From contig NC_043018.1 of NCBI RefSeq assembly GCF_006345805.1, positions 2,418,001-2,482,000 of the forward strand: 64,000 nucleotides of DNA. The letters are read 5' to 3'. The translations under genes and the position numbers were made by a program. Positions 50,861-64,000 of the stretch are shown in pieces (position 1 is the first letter of the stretch; each line of letters opens with the position of its first letter). This stretch comes from Octopus sinensis (Eukaryota). The notes beneath the pieces were generated by a model. It was not told the DNA's origin, did no database searches, and saw nothing but the letters and a program-made list of their open reading frames with translations.

Positions 50861-53394
50861 TATGGCGGCAAAAGAAGAGAAAAAATCTGTTGAAAATATG
50901 CTAGGTAACAATTAAAAAGAGATGTCAACAATTAAGTAAATTATAGGTACCCAAACAACTTATAGAAAATATGTCAAACGAAAAACATTTTACAAATTGT
51001 GATTCTGCTAAACCTTGACACGTGGGAATCTCCACAGACACTCAAAATGAAGGGCGCTAAGGTGAATTATGAGCAGATATAAAATAAATATCTTTCTTTA
51101 AGCCTAGGGACTCATAAAGTCCCTTATCTGGATTCTATTGAGTGTAAGTGACCGAGATCATAATACTCAACTTGAACGGGACACCCGTCCGTTGAAGGGT
51201 GGGAGTCCAACAATTTTGAGGGAAGAATGCGAGTAGATTACTGTAGACCCCAATGCTTGTGTGCTACATTATTTTAGCTAAACGGACAGAATGAAAAGCA
51301 AAGGTAATCACGGCGCGGTTGTGAACTCATAACGTAAAAGTCCAGGAGAATTGCTACAAGCATTTTGTAGTTCATCCATACGATTCTGTCGGTTTGTCGT
51401 CTTATAGTTCATGAATAAGACTCTATATTTCGACACTTGCGGCAGTTCCTCTTCGAGGATCTCATAATGAGGCGGAATGTGGAATTTCTGCTCATACCCA
51501 TTCATATGTGAAGACGATTAGTAAACCCGAACACCAAAGACATGTTTGACAAAGATAAGAACTAGAACGTACGTATATCAAGAACATCATAAGATAATAA
51601 ATGTCTAAAGTCTATCAGCACTAAAATGATAGAATAATGTAGGTGTCATGTTTACGGTTCATTAATGCATAGAGACAATCCACTTGTCTCTCTTGAAGTT
51701 GTCCATGCACCCACTTATATGAGTGCAAAGTAGGAGTTGCAACCATGAATGGAATATATAGAAAAGTAGACGAAAGTTTGTATTAGTTTCTTTGTTAGTG
51801 TAATGTCAGAAACAGAAAATAAAATACGAAATATATTTGAAATCCACTGAACATGTAATGAGTGGCTTGCAGGGAATTCCGATTTAAAGTAAATGAGATG
51901 AAATAGTAAAGTCACTCACCAGGCAGAGTGTTATTGACAGAGGCTGTTTTACGATATGAGAAAGAAGGGAGCAGTTCTCTCAGCTAGCGTATAATCGATT
52001 ATAGCATGAAAAATGCTACTGGGTGGAAAGTCTAACTTTTAGAAATAGTAAGTAAATATTCTTAAAATTACTCCCAGCATTGTGTCTTTGAGAAGGGAGG
52101 CACTATCGTTAATATAAATCTACATAGTCAAGAGCTGAAACTGGAAAACATAAAAAAAAAATGAAATACACTATGCTTTAAAATACAGTCATAGTTATAA
52201 ATTCAAAATGTTCCTAAATACTTGAACAGACCGGGGAAATCTGCAAAGTGAAACTTAATTTCCCAAATTAATTTCCATAGTTAATGGTTCGCAAGCAATA
52301 TGAATATCGATGGAAAATTAATTTCGCTAAAGAAATTTCACAATATGGTAAGATTATCGGGTTGTCTATTCTTGAATAACACGCAGAACTGCTGATCAAT
52401 AAGTATGGAAGACGGTGTAAACCACAAGAGTAAAGTAAACATTTAAACACATCCATGAGGATCCATATTTCTTCACATCCATAATATAATCCATTCTGGG
52501 CAAAATATTGAAAAATATTTAATAATGTGTGGGAGAGAGAGCTGAGCAAACTTTGGTTATTTTAGAGAAAGAGTAGTAATAAGAAAATAGCTTTAAAAAT
52601 TGACTAAAAGACTCGATGCATTTGGGTAAAGACATTAAAATCATGTCAGGCTGAGAATATTGGTTATTCCATGTACGACAATAAATTCCAAGATATCATC
52701 ACAATGGAAATATTCTGTGATAATCCTTTTTTATTATAGGGATAAGGCTTGAAACTTTCATGGGGAGGGGAGTAGTCGATTATATCGCCCTCACCCCTAG
52801 TGCTCAACTGGTAAGAAATTCCGTTTAGAATTATGTCCAGTGCAACCATAAGGTATGTCATTAATACTACAATACAATTATCAGCTGCCTTAGGACTGCA
52901 AAGAAGAGAAAGTGTTATAACTTACCCGTTAGCATATCACTATGGCAGGTTTCATTACTTATGGGTATCTCATCAAGCTATATGCTTCTTCCGAGAAGAA
53001 TAAATGCGAAACGTGCTATGATAAGATAGAAATAGGAATGTAGATAGATAGAGAAGACGATGGAACAGAGCCTGATGTGCTTTATTCGTTGAAATTTCAT
53101 AGAGATACTAAAATACTAAACGGATATACTTTGCTTTATATTTTCAGTCGCGAAAGAATGGTCTGTGCATTAGAGATTAATATAGACAGTTCCCTTCGTA
53201 TGTATATATATTCCTGTATGAACCTAGCTATGTATATACGCATGTAAACACACACACTCACTCACATACACACACACACACACACACACACAGATACTTG
53301 CATATTGTTATACAAGCCAAAGTAGTTCTGTATATTATAATATTCACACTTACACCCACATTCACGTCCACTTATATTTGAAGGTATATCAGAG

Positions 53395-53454
<60 letters not shown>

Positions 53455-53591
53455 GTATATATATATACATAAGTATGTATCTCCATATTTATATGTATAT
53501 GATAAATGCATGTGAGCGCATGTATGTGTATATATTTGTTTAAATTTGCATACATGCTCATACATATATATGTATATATGTATACACACAC

Positions 53592-53627
<36 letters not shown>

Positions 53628-53694
53628 CTGTATGCATGTATGTATGTATGCATGTATATATATATATATATGTATGCATGCATGTACACACGCA

Positions 53695-53741
<47 letters not shown>

Positions 53742-55083
53742 TTGTGCGTGTATATATATGTAATATATATATAATACAAACACATATACTCATATACATC
53801 TGTGAGCGTCTCCGAGTGTGTGTGTATGTGTGTGTCCGTGTGTGTGTGTGATATGAGCATGTTGGTTAGAGTAGAATATAAGGCAAATTATATGCAGAGA
53901 TATTGGATTAACAATTATCTGGAAATACCAGCGTCTGCTTTTTTTCAAATACCAGGAGAGATATCAGAATAGTAAAATAAGAGACAAAAAATACAAATAG
54001 GAAAAATAAACGATAGCAGCCTGTCCAACAAAGAGGAGGAGAGAGATGGAAAGTGAGAGAGAAAGAGACAGAGAAAGAGAGAAAGAGAGATAGGTGCAGG
54101 AAAGTGAACATTGATATATGTTTTCTGTTGATCTGCTATCATTAACAGCCAAATCTCCCTCAAATCTCACCCCACCCGGAACACCCTTAATTGTTGGAAG
54201 AGTACATTGGTAGTCTATATCTCAACATAAAGGAGATCGTGGTCAAAGCTGTAACGATTTTAATCATGGGTCTGACCTGTAAGGGCTAACCTGCGCCAAA
54301 CCACTGCAAAAATAATGACAGCCACGTAATGTCTTCATGAAGCAGTGCAAATATAACAAAACCGCCACAGCAACATCGACACCCACCACAACCTATTATA
54401 AAGCCGCAACAATAACACAAAAACTCAGCGGCTCGAAATGCCGTTAGCAAAAGTCAGATATCAATCCTAACCATAACAAATTGAGATACGAACATTAAAT
54501 CACTACACCTATAAATCATACACAATTTGTGGCAAACAAACGAACCCTATACACATATGAATCTATAATCAATTCCATGCTAAACAAGAACAAGAACAAC
54601 ATCGACAGTAGCAGCAGCAGTAGCAGCAGCTAAAGAAACAGAAGCAACAATTACAAAAACAGCAGCAAAAATACACTAATAAAGACGAAACAATCTCATA
54701 AACATGCGACTGATTAGAACTTTTCCGAAATAGTTCTGAGAAAGTAATGTAAAATATGTTTTAAAAAAAAACAGTAAAAGCAAAAACAATTACAGGATTA
54801 CAGATATAGCATGCACTAAGTTTGCATGGATAATAGGAGAAAAGAAGGAAAGAGAAACGAATATAGCCCTAAAATAGCGATCGCAAATGTGAACAGATGA
54901 ACAAAGAAAAACGACGGAGAAACGGAGTGGAGTAAGTGAAGCTATATATCAAATTATCCTCACCTGCAACGATGAAACAGATATAACGTGTGCGTTTCAC
55001 GTCTAATACACAACAACGAGCAGAAAATGTCAATAGAAATGGCACAAGATGGAGAAGAAAGTATCATGTAAGGATGAGAGAGG

Positions 55084-55115
<32 letters not shown>

Positions 55116-55344
55116 AGTAACTGGTGCCGTGAATAAAAATAGCGAAAGAGATTTACCAAAGCAGAAAGGACATATAAAGATTAATATAAATATTATCAGC
55201 CAAATAGCTAAAACACGTAAAACATGGACTTACATAGATACATACATACATACATACATACATACATAATAGAGAGAGGGATACATGCATACATATACAT
55301 ATATAAACATATTCAAATATACATATATATCAATAGAAATATAC

Positions 55345-55397
<53 letters not shown>

Positions 55398-56659
55398 AAC
55401 ACACGCATATATATATATGAGCGTGTGTGTGCTTATATGTATATATATATATATATATACATACACACACACACATATATATATATATAATAAATAGATA
55501 AAAATGTGTGCGTGTGTATGTATGTATGTTTGTATATGCATATATGAGACATAAAATAAAAAAGATTTGACCGCAACACCGCAAATAAGAACGTTGATAG
55601 CAGCTAATTGTAGTAAACTCCTTGCGGATCAGGACTTTGGAATGGAGACTGAAATAATTTCTCCTTCGTAATAACATGTTTTGTACAAAATACAAGGAAT
55701 TCCTACAGAGAATTATATGAGTCAAATATAGAAATAAAACAGTGTTGCGAAGAAAAGAATCAAAATATTCCAAGCAGCAATAAAAAGAGAATAGATACAA
55801 AAGAAGAAAGGAAAGCTTGCCAGAGCGATTGAAAAAGAGTAAGCGTGTCAAATGTAGACAGAAACAGCGAGAGAGCATGTGGGAGAGAGAGAGAGAAAGT
55901 GAAGAGAGAGAGGTAAAGGGAGAGAGAGTGAGTGAGACCAAAGGGAATAGAGAGTATTAATGAAGCCCGCCAAAAAAATTTCTGATGGAAGATTGGGTAC
56001 AAATCAACAAATGAAGATATAAAAAGAACGTGATCAGGGGAAAAGAAGCAGAAGAATTTTGGAAAATAATCTATATACTGCATGTGACAATTTAGCCCAA
56101 ATATTAAACTTGATAATGAAATACGTCAATGATATACTCGGCTGGTTTATATATATATAGGATATACAATGTCGTTTAGGGAAACTGATCAAATGGAGAC
56201 TACATGGAATTACAGACTATATGTATGTATAACTGAAAAATAGGCGAAGAGATACAAATATTGGGACGAATTTGTTTTTTTGGGGTAAACAAAAATCCTA
56301 TAAACCATTGTGAGAAAAGGAATTCGAAAATAAATATAACAGATCGAATTTAACGAGGTTGAGTCTACATAGGCAAGAAATGATGCAGATTGCAGAGAGA
56401 TCTCCAAAGAATTATACCATTGATTTTTTTGGTTTGTTGTTTTAAATAAAACTAATCATGAGAGTCTCTCGGGGTCCGAGGAAGCGTATTCTATAACTTG
56501 TTGCTGAACAAATGGCAAAGAAGGTTTGTTTATAATGAAATATTTGTGCAGTACATTAGCTCGTTCCTCCCTCCATCAAATCGAAATTGCTTCTACATGT
56601 GCACAGGGCGTCACACACCACATGGCAACGGGGTCCTAGAACAACGTGAAATAAAGTGA

Positions 56660-56765
56660 TTTTTTTTCAGGAAAATTACCGATACCACCCGGTCCAGTAA
56701 TCGAAACCGTTATCTTACAGTTTCTAGTGCAACACGCTGTCTACCCGGCCATGCAGCAGCCGCAC
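56660..56765 (-). mobile_element. Degenerate tRNA-like SINE head (family C-like)
   Basis: Minus: gcatggccgggtagacagcgtgttgcact..ggtttcgattactggaccgggtg, similar to 7509-7590. Confidence 0.45.
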
Positions 56766-58281
56766 AATTAAAGCTACATGTTTGAGAATGCATGAACAGC
56801 TGAGGTGACATGGATAAGGCTCGAATTAATATGATCATAGGTTTGCACATTGAGTGCAGACCCCTTATTAAATAAACTCGTATCGACAATAGATAGAGAT
56901 AACGGCATTTGTGAAATAATACAGATGTTAGGTAGACAAGTAAGGAACGTGGAAAGAATGTAGAAAGATGACAGATAGGAATTATAAAATTTATAAAAAT
57001 ACAAAACGTACCATAATTGTTGTATTTACGACAGGACGATTACATTCGATAGAGAAGCCGTGAAGTAAGATGAACTGATTTCAAGTTGCACTTGGAGATC
57101 ATTCTTGAACTTACACTTTGTATTTCAAGGGCAGAAGCTGTGCAGCATCTTAACCATTGTTGTAAAGCATAAGATTCACAATAACGTTTGTTGAGAATTT
57201 TATCACATTGCGCTAGAAATTTGGTAAAAGTTCCCGCTGTAGTCTCTTTATCGAACCAGTTCTTGTGAATGAAATCGGATCGATAAAAGCTGTGTAAAAT
57301 CCTGTTTCTTTGTGACCCTTTAGAATAATGAGGGCGGTAATTAGGATACCAGAATGTGAAAAGGTCTTTCTTGGGGCAGCTTCAACGTAGCTTATACAGA
57401 AAGAGAGAAAGAGAGACAGTAGGAATGAGAAAGAGGGCACATTATTCCGAATACCACTGATTTATCAGCCAGACATTGATGAATGCCAATGATGACTGCT
57501 GAGGGATTTCAGCTCAGAGACAACCTACAAATATACGACGCTCAAAGCGACTCCATCAGTTCGCTGTCATTGTTATTGCATGACAAACTTAATCATTAAT
57601 CTCGGTTAAGCCCATCATTCGTGCATGTGTGTAACCGTTCAATCGACAACGATTGGATGAACTAATTGGCTCCTAATTTCCTTCTGAAGAGATGATGGTG
57701 TGATTTCAAAGAAGCTTGGATGACATTTTTAGTAGAACGAGCAACACCGGTGGCTGATGTCACTGGATGAGCTACAAATGAAATATTCTGGTTTAAGAGC
57801 GTAGCAAAAAATTGAAAGAAAATCAAATATTCACTCTGATGCTTTTAGTGTTATGTAGATTAAACGTAATCATCTGAAGGATGAGTGAAATGCTCACATA
57901 TGATAATACGCAAAACAAGACCTCCCTGATTCACGTCTCCTAATAAACATTGCAATAGCAAACTCCAATTTGTTTTTCTAAATCTAACTTCATCATAGAA
58001 ATAGCCATGCAAAATAAGGGAAGCGCTTCAGTCATTGTTATGTTGTTAGAATACTTGAGACCGTGTAAACGTTATTGAATGCAGTATAGAGGGGACCAAA
58101 CAATTAAGTTTTCAACAAGGAAGCCGCTATATCGTAGCTCTACCTGCTAGAAATAGTAGCCCAATCAATAACAGATGATGCATATTTTCAAAGGAACCGT
58201 ATTACACAATATAGTCCAACGATGACTATGTCGCTAATAAATACAAAATGGCTACATGCAAAGTTGGGATGTTTGAGATAA

Positions 58282-60539
58282 CACTGGTCAACAAAATGAA
58301 ACTTTTTTAATCATTAGAGTTGCTGGTGCCTTTTCTGGGTTAATTTTTTATGCTGATTATGAATCTGAAGTCCGATTTCCTCTATCAGGTCACATTTTCA
58401 TGTTAATGATACCTGCTGTTTTAACTTATCGGATACGTAAAGCATGTCTATATAAAGTATATTGAATACAAGATACGATGATTTCATGGCTTTTTATTGT
58501 ACAAAATTAAACTTACTCTGTACAAATAAGTTAGAATACACTCACATGCATAACAACTTAAAATCTTTGGGATTTGGACTTTCTATGGTGTTTGGTCTCA
58601 GGTTCATCCCTGAATAATATCCAACAGTAGTCAGCTAACATTCCTGCATTCCAAAATCCTTGACATCGTTGTTCCATCGAATGAAAGCATTCCCCTTGTT
58701 CTTCAGACACTGTTCCAAGGTTCACTGCAAAAAGAAAAGTCCAGATGTGAATCACGGAAATGGACTTTGAGCGACATCCGACAGCCATTGCAGCGTAGGA
58801 GTCTAGAAGTAATTTCACTGCATTTCTAAACTCTAGAGATCTCTTGTTGCCTAGGAAATTTTCACAGAGCCATTTGAAGTATTCCCAAACTCTAAGCTCA
58901 ATCTCATCCAGTACTGTGAGGAAGTTGTTGTCCTTCAGGAGTTCTTTTAACTGAGGACCTATGAATACGCCCAACTCCAGTTTTGCTTCGGTGTTTTGTG
59001 CTTTACATATTCAAAACCTTTTCAGTGTTTTCTGGCAAGTGTCTTCACGAATTGCTTCACGAGGCCGAGCTTTATGAGAAGAGGGGGAAGAAGAATATTT
59101 TCAGAGTTTAAAAGTGGCTTACTCTGGACACTAGAAACTCCCGGCTCATATGATTTTCGCAAAGGCAACTCTGATTGCACATAGTGGTTGTTAGTTGTAC
59201 GACTGTCCCATAGGCATAAAAAGCAACAATATTTCGTGAACCCAGATTGCATTCCCATCAACATTCCAATCACCTTCAAGTCTCCACATATTTTCCAGCT
59301 GTAATTTGTATACTTTATGGCATTGAGGAGTACTTGCATGTTTTCATAATACTCCTTCATGTGCACTGAATGTCCTATGGAATGGATAGTTTCTCATTGC
59401 CGTTGTGTAGTAGTACTGCCTTGAGGCTTCTCTCAGATGAATCAATAAATAAGCGCCATTCAGCTGAAACATGCTCTTGGAACAAACAGCGAAATAACAC
59501 ATCACTGTTATTACTGAAACAAAGTAGTCCATCAACAGAGAAGTATGAAGTCAGTTCCCTATTTCGTTTCCTGAAATGAGTAGTACAAGCATCTTTCATA
59601 AGCAGAGACTTATCTTGTAGGCGAGATGCTAATAGTTCAGCTTTATCCTTCGACAATGTCGAGTCTCTAACTAAATCATTTAACTCTCCTTGAAATGTCT
59701 GTGGTACGTCTTCATTTTCAATCGTGAAATCTGCACCCACTTCGGTGTCATCCACAGCAGTATTAATTTCTTCAGAAAATACATCTCCGTTAGACATCTG
59801 AAGGCCATTTTCTGGTGGTATTGGAATAGGAAGAGCATCATCGTGGTATGATACTGGTCTTCTTGCTGATTCCAAGTTGAGATACACAATCTGATGCTTG
59901 GTCTTTAGAGTAAACCCATATACATTATTGTTGCAGAAATAACAGTCCATGAAATGATCCTTTGGCTATCTCCATATCACAGGTATTACAAACGGCATTG
60001 CTCTCTTCCTCTTATTTAGCCAATCCCTTAGTCCATTTGAACAAGCTGAGCAGATGATATGCGGGGCCCGACTCTTGTCTTGATCCTCAAGAAAGCAGCC
60101 AAAGTATAACTGGTAGATCTTCTTAATTTCACTTGTGATGGCACGTTACTGAACTTTGGTGGTAAATGAACCACAGTCATGACAAAATATTGCAGGACTA
60201 TTTTTGCAATACCATGACATCCTGAGTAGAATTTGATCATGATGATGATGATGATGACTTGGTACCTTAAGCAGAAAGTAAAATATATGAAATGAAAAGA
60301 TTATGAAAACATAAAATTACAAAATGAATACAAATAGTTATAAATGAGAAGTCAGAAGTTACCTGTATAAGACGTTTACGTGTAGCGATACTGCTATCGG
60401 AGTATACCTCTCTCATCTCATCTCATCAGAAAAACTGTACCCGATAGAAGGAAACCGATTACATTTTTAAAATCCGTAGACAAAACTAGTTATAAAACAC
60501 CTTATAATATCGCTGATGACAATTGGTTGTTGAGTAGTG
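58282..60539 (-). mobile_element. Full-length Chapaev3-like (CMC superfamily) DNA transposon, inactivated
   Basis: TAA|CACTGGTCAACAA ... TTGTTGAGTAGTG|TAA: 13-bp TIR (11/13 match) with a 3-bp TAA TSD, plus weaker ~120-bp subterminal inverted similarity. Transposase motifs listed under the pseudogene feature. Confidence 0.85.
58558..60220 (-). pseudogene. Chapaev3-like transposase pseudogene (about 550 codons; at least 2 in-frame stops and several frameshifts)
   Basis: MSWYCKNSPAIFCHDCG..PHIICSAC..W.PKDHFMDCYFC (N-terminal Cys/His clusters), WRLFIDSS..SLKAVLLHNG, WKICGDLKV..GFTKYCCFLCLWDSR (C(2)C), LLPPLxIKLGLVKQFVK and NLGTVSEEQGE..GMLADYCW, spread over ORFs 59375-59950, 59022-59366 and 58558-58974. 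Confidence 0.88.
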
Positions 60540-61242
60540 TAATTGTTTTGTTCAATAGAACAGAAGAGGCGATAAACAATAACCATAATTAAAAAAGGAA
60601 ACAATCGGACGATTACAATTGTATAGCAGGTTGCAGAGAATTATGAGGCTTATGATTTTCAATCCTAAACGGCAACCATTAGACTACAAGTTGACCTGAA
60701 GTAAAATTAAAATAGATTGCATCAAATTGTACACAAATACGAGAACTACGAGGAAAGGCTACAATAATACATCTTCAAAGTGTCCACGTGATAGAAAATT
60801 AAAGTGAGTCCTGAAGACATATTGCATAATGAAAATACAAGGAACACGGAAGCCACAAACAGAAGACTCACCTGTTAAATCTTGTAGAAGTAGCAAACAA
60901 ATCTGGCGCAAATTGCACCCTGTTTTTTTAATGAAGGTAAGGATACGTTGGATGTAATAAGCATGAAAGAAAAAATGAGTTTAAATACATAAAGGAAAGT
61001 TTTGAATTGCTCAGTCGCAATAACTATGCCTGAAAACATATCTTGCATCATCTGAGATAGAATAACCTTGAAAATAAGATGGATGTGTTTGATAAAGTAG
61101 TTCTTGTTATAAATAGCCTAAAAGAAATATAGAAAGAAAACAGACGTCGCTTCAACTTAGCTAATCATGAATTTGCTTTGTGTAGACAAACCTAAGGCTA
61201 AGCAAGTTACAAGATATAAGTATGGGGTATCTCATGACCTGT

Positions 61243-61278
<36 letters not shown>

Positions 61279-61486
61279 CCGCGCACGTGCATTATCGTTT
61301 GGTTTTATGTTTAGTTATGATAAAAACCATTTTAGATTAGTCTAGTTGGTTACTCTATACCGTTGTTGTGTAAACTGCATCATTTCAAACAAGATTGTTG
61401 TTCACTCTGACTTCGATGCTTCATGTTAGCAGACCCAAACGTCGAAGTTACTGTCAACAGCATTCATTTTTATCAATTATATAAAC

Positions 61487-61745
61487 ATGCGCAGGAGTGG
61501 CTGTGTGGTAAATAGCTTGCTTATCAACCACATGGGTTCTGGTTCAGTCCCACCGCGTGGCACCTTGGGCAAGTGTATTCTACTACAACCTCGGGCCGAC
61601 CAACATCTTTTGAGTGAATTTGGTAGACGGAAACTGAAAGAAGCCCATCGTACATGTATATTTATATATTTGTATATATATGTGTGTGTATTTGTGTGTC
61701 TGTGCTTGTCCCCCACCATCGCCTGACAACCGATGCTGTTTGTCA
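61487..61745 (+). mobile_element. Family A SINE, 3'-truncated
   Basis: gcgcaggagtggctgtgtggtaaatagcttgc..caccttgggcaagtgt..gacggaaactgaaagaagccc..tgacaaccgatgctg. Confidence 0.9.
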
Positions 61746-61779
61746 GGTGATGGTGGGAATAGGCACGTGTGTATATGTG

Positions 61780-61832
<53 letters not shown>

Positions 61833-62388
61833 TACACATCTTCAAATGCACCGCAGTATGACATTTGCAAATTCATTATATGTAAACGAAAACGTATGAT
61901 GAATATATTAAAACAGCATCTGTCTATTCCGAATAAATTACAGAACGAAGGAATATATGCTTTAATTCTGATCAACAGGAGCAAATACGCTATATAATTG
62001 TCGAATAAGAAACGAAGTAAAATCTTATCTAATGTGTAAAGATTGTTGTTTTTCGCATATTTGAAAAGAATATAGACTTTTATTTTGAGTGACAAGTAGA
62101 ATATTAAGTTGCTAATTGGCGGCAACGATAAAAGTGTGAATATTTCCTGAAGGTTCATTTCATGTGTAAAGACGTCTCTACTTCACGTTTTTTTGCAAAC
62201 ACATGTGCTTCGGTATATGTGTGTGCGCCGCGTGTGCATGCGCTTGTGTGTGAAGAGAGAGAGAGAGAAAGAGCATGGTTGTGTGTATGTATGTGTTCTT
62301 GTATGCACTGTGCGCACGTGCATACGTGTGTAACGCTTCTTATATACATGCCTACATATAATTTATTTAGAGACATATATATGTAGGT

Positions 62389-62443
<55 letters not shown>

Positions 62444-62482
62444 ATAGATAAGCTGGTAGTTAGATACATACATAGACAAGTA

Positions 62483-62528
<46 letters not shown>

Positions 62529-63771
62529 AATATGTGTGTATGTATATGTAAGAATATGTATAAATATATATATACATACATGCACATGCATACACATAGA
62601 TACGTTTTTGTGTATGTTCATGTATCGATAATGTACACTTCTATAAAATTAGGCTTTTATGCAAAAATTGGATATCTTCTGTCAATTATGTCAAAACTCT
62701 TATTCTATTAGTCCAACTAAATCTAATCTCATCTAATACTATTAGTATTTTGCTGATGTAAGCTAATATAATATTTTCCATACAGAGATCCTCAAAAAGC
62801 CAACATCCTAAAATACTGTAGTCTAATATCTATACATCTAAATTATATTATGCTTATGATAGAAGAGTTTCTTTTCATACAACGCCATGTGATATTGATA
62901 GAGACATCATAAGTGATGATATTTGTGGTCATTAAGGTGTTCGGGTCTTTCAACCGCCAGACGTCTTCACCCTAGCGATCCAGCCAGGAATGGTTTAGTC
63001 TTATCGTATATCTACTTGGCTCTACTCCTCGGAACAGTCATCTTCCCAGGGTTTGCAACTCGTGAGCCACAAGGCTCTCGAAGAAAACACTTCCAAATCT
63101 ACAGCCAGCTTAAGGGCTTTCCACCGACTGGCCCTTCCAGCAGGTCTTATATTCTGGAGAATTAAAGACATGCAATTCCTATGCGTCCCCCCTCAACGGC
63201 ACTGGTTGCTATGTCAATTCCATATAAGAAAATTTGTATCCCGTACTCTCATTTGTCCCCTAAAATCGGTCCTCGCAGAGATATCACTACTTCATAAAAA
63301 TTACTTCGAGTCTAATCACTGTTTGGCTGCTCTGTGGTGTAAAGAAGAGAAATCCTTGACATTACTTCCGGTGATGGTATCCGTATTAGTCGGGAGTGAA
63401 GTCTTGATCATCCGTCTAAGGCTCAGTCGCAAATTTATCTCATACATTTAAAAAGTATATTTGCACAAAGATTCTATGGCTTTCTGTGGGATCAAAAATA
63501 TACGTCTTATTTTAAATACTTTTTTGGTTTCAAACTTGCTGAGGCAGCTACAAACATTCCCTACGTGGATAGGTATGGATGATTAACTAAATTATTTTGC
63601 TGCAATATTTACAGGGGTCGGCCATCACGTACGACTCTTGAATTCTGATATATATTTATGTATAATTTGGAATTATATATAGATATATGATTATTTATAA
63701 CTGTTTTGTAACTGCAATTAGTTGCATCAGAAGCGGACACGCGCCTAAACATACACTCACTTGCGTATACG

Positions 63772-63821
<50 letters not shown>

Positions 63822-64000
63822 AACACACACATAAACACACACACACACATGTATATATATATATATATATGCATATATATTAATATTATATAAGCTTAAT
63901 TCATCGCAGTATATATATACATATATACATATATACGTACATATATACATTCATAAAACATAGATGTATAGAGACCTATATGTGTGTGTGTAATATGCGT

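Noticed and set aside
52281-53197. Several short splice-flanked plus-strand segments (52281-52347, 52387-52429, 53148-53197)
   Set aside because: Joining them needs an implausible 39-nt intron or hits stops, and no recognisable protein results.
57485-57492. DIDEC calcium-binding EGF-like start (~57470-57490)
   Set aside because: Followed immediately by stop codons; coincidental.
62930-63460. GC-richer segment with 132-aa ORF, possibly a retroelement relic
   Set aside because: No RT, RNase H or endonuclease motif could be identified in any frame.
5776-63950. Dozens of ORFs made of YI/IY, VC/CV, HT/TH, YLSI, MYVC or poly-I/L/S/Y repeats
   Set aside because: They are translations of (TA)n, (TG)n, (TATG)n, (TCTA)n, (AAT)n and (CTT)n microsatellites, which lack stop codons in some frames.

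Overview
This is a 64-kb, very AT-rich, microsatellite-dense window of animal nuclear DNA. The repeat families (tRNA-derived SINEs, Dong/R4 tails, Penelope-derived elements) look most like an Octopus (coleoid cephalopod) genome; that is inferred from remembered repeat consensi, not from a search. No host protein-coding gene can be called confidently, only a few low-confidence splice-flanked segments, and nearly all ORFs in the supplied track are microsatellite artefacts. Supported content: (1) a complete but inactivated Chapaev3-like (CMC superfamily) DNA transposon with TIRs and a TAA target duplication (58282-60539); (2) two decayed mariner elements and a Tc1-like fragment; (3) three non-autonomous Helitrons with a shared 3' end but different interiors; (4) two hAT MITEs with 8-bp TSDs; (5) Penelope-like and Dong/R4 retroelement fragments; (6) at least five SINE-like families; (7) several microsatellite-bounded tandem duplications and a CpG-rich 17-bp minisatellite. 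The most unusual object is a spacer-less 165-bp palindrome (11411-11575) carrying a minimal hammerhead ribozyme in each arm. A second fold-back element and further hammerhead-like cores occur elsewhere, mostly embedded in (TA)n tracts. Boundaries of decayed repeats are approximate; TIR, TSD and palindrome coordinates were counted by hand.
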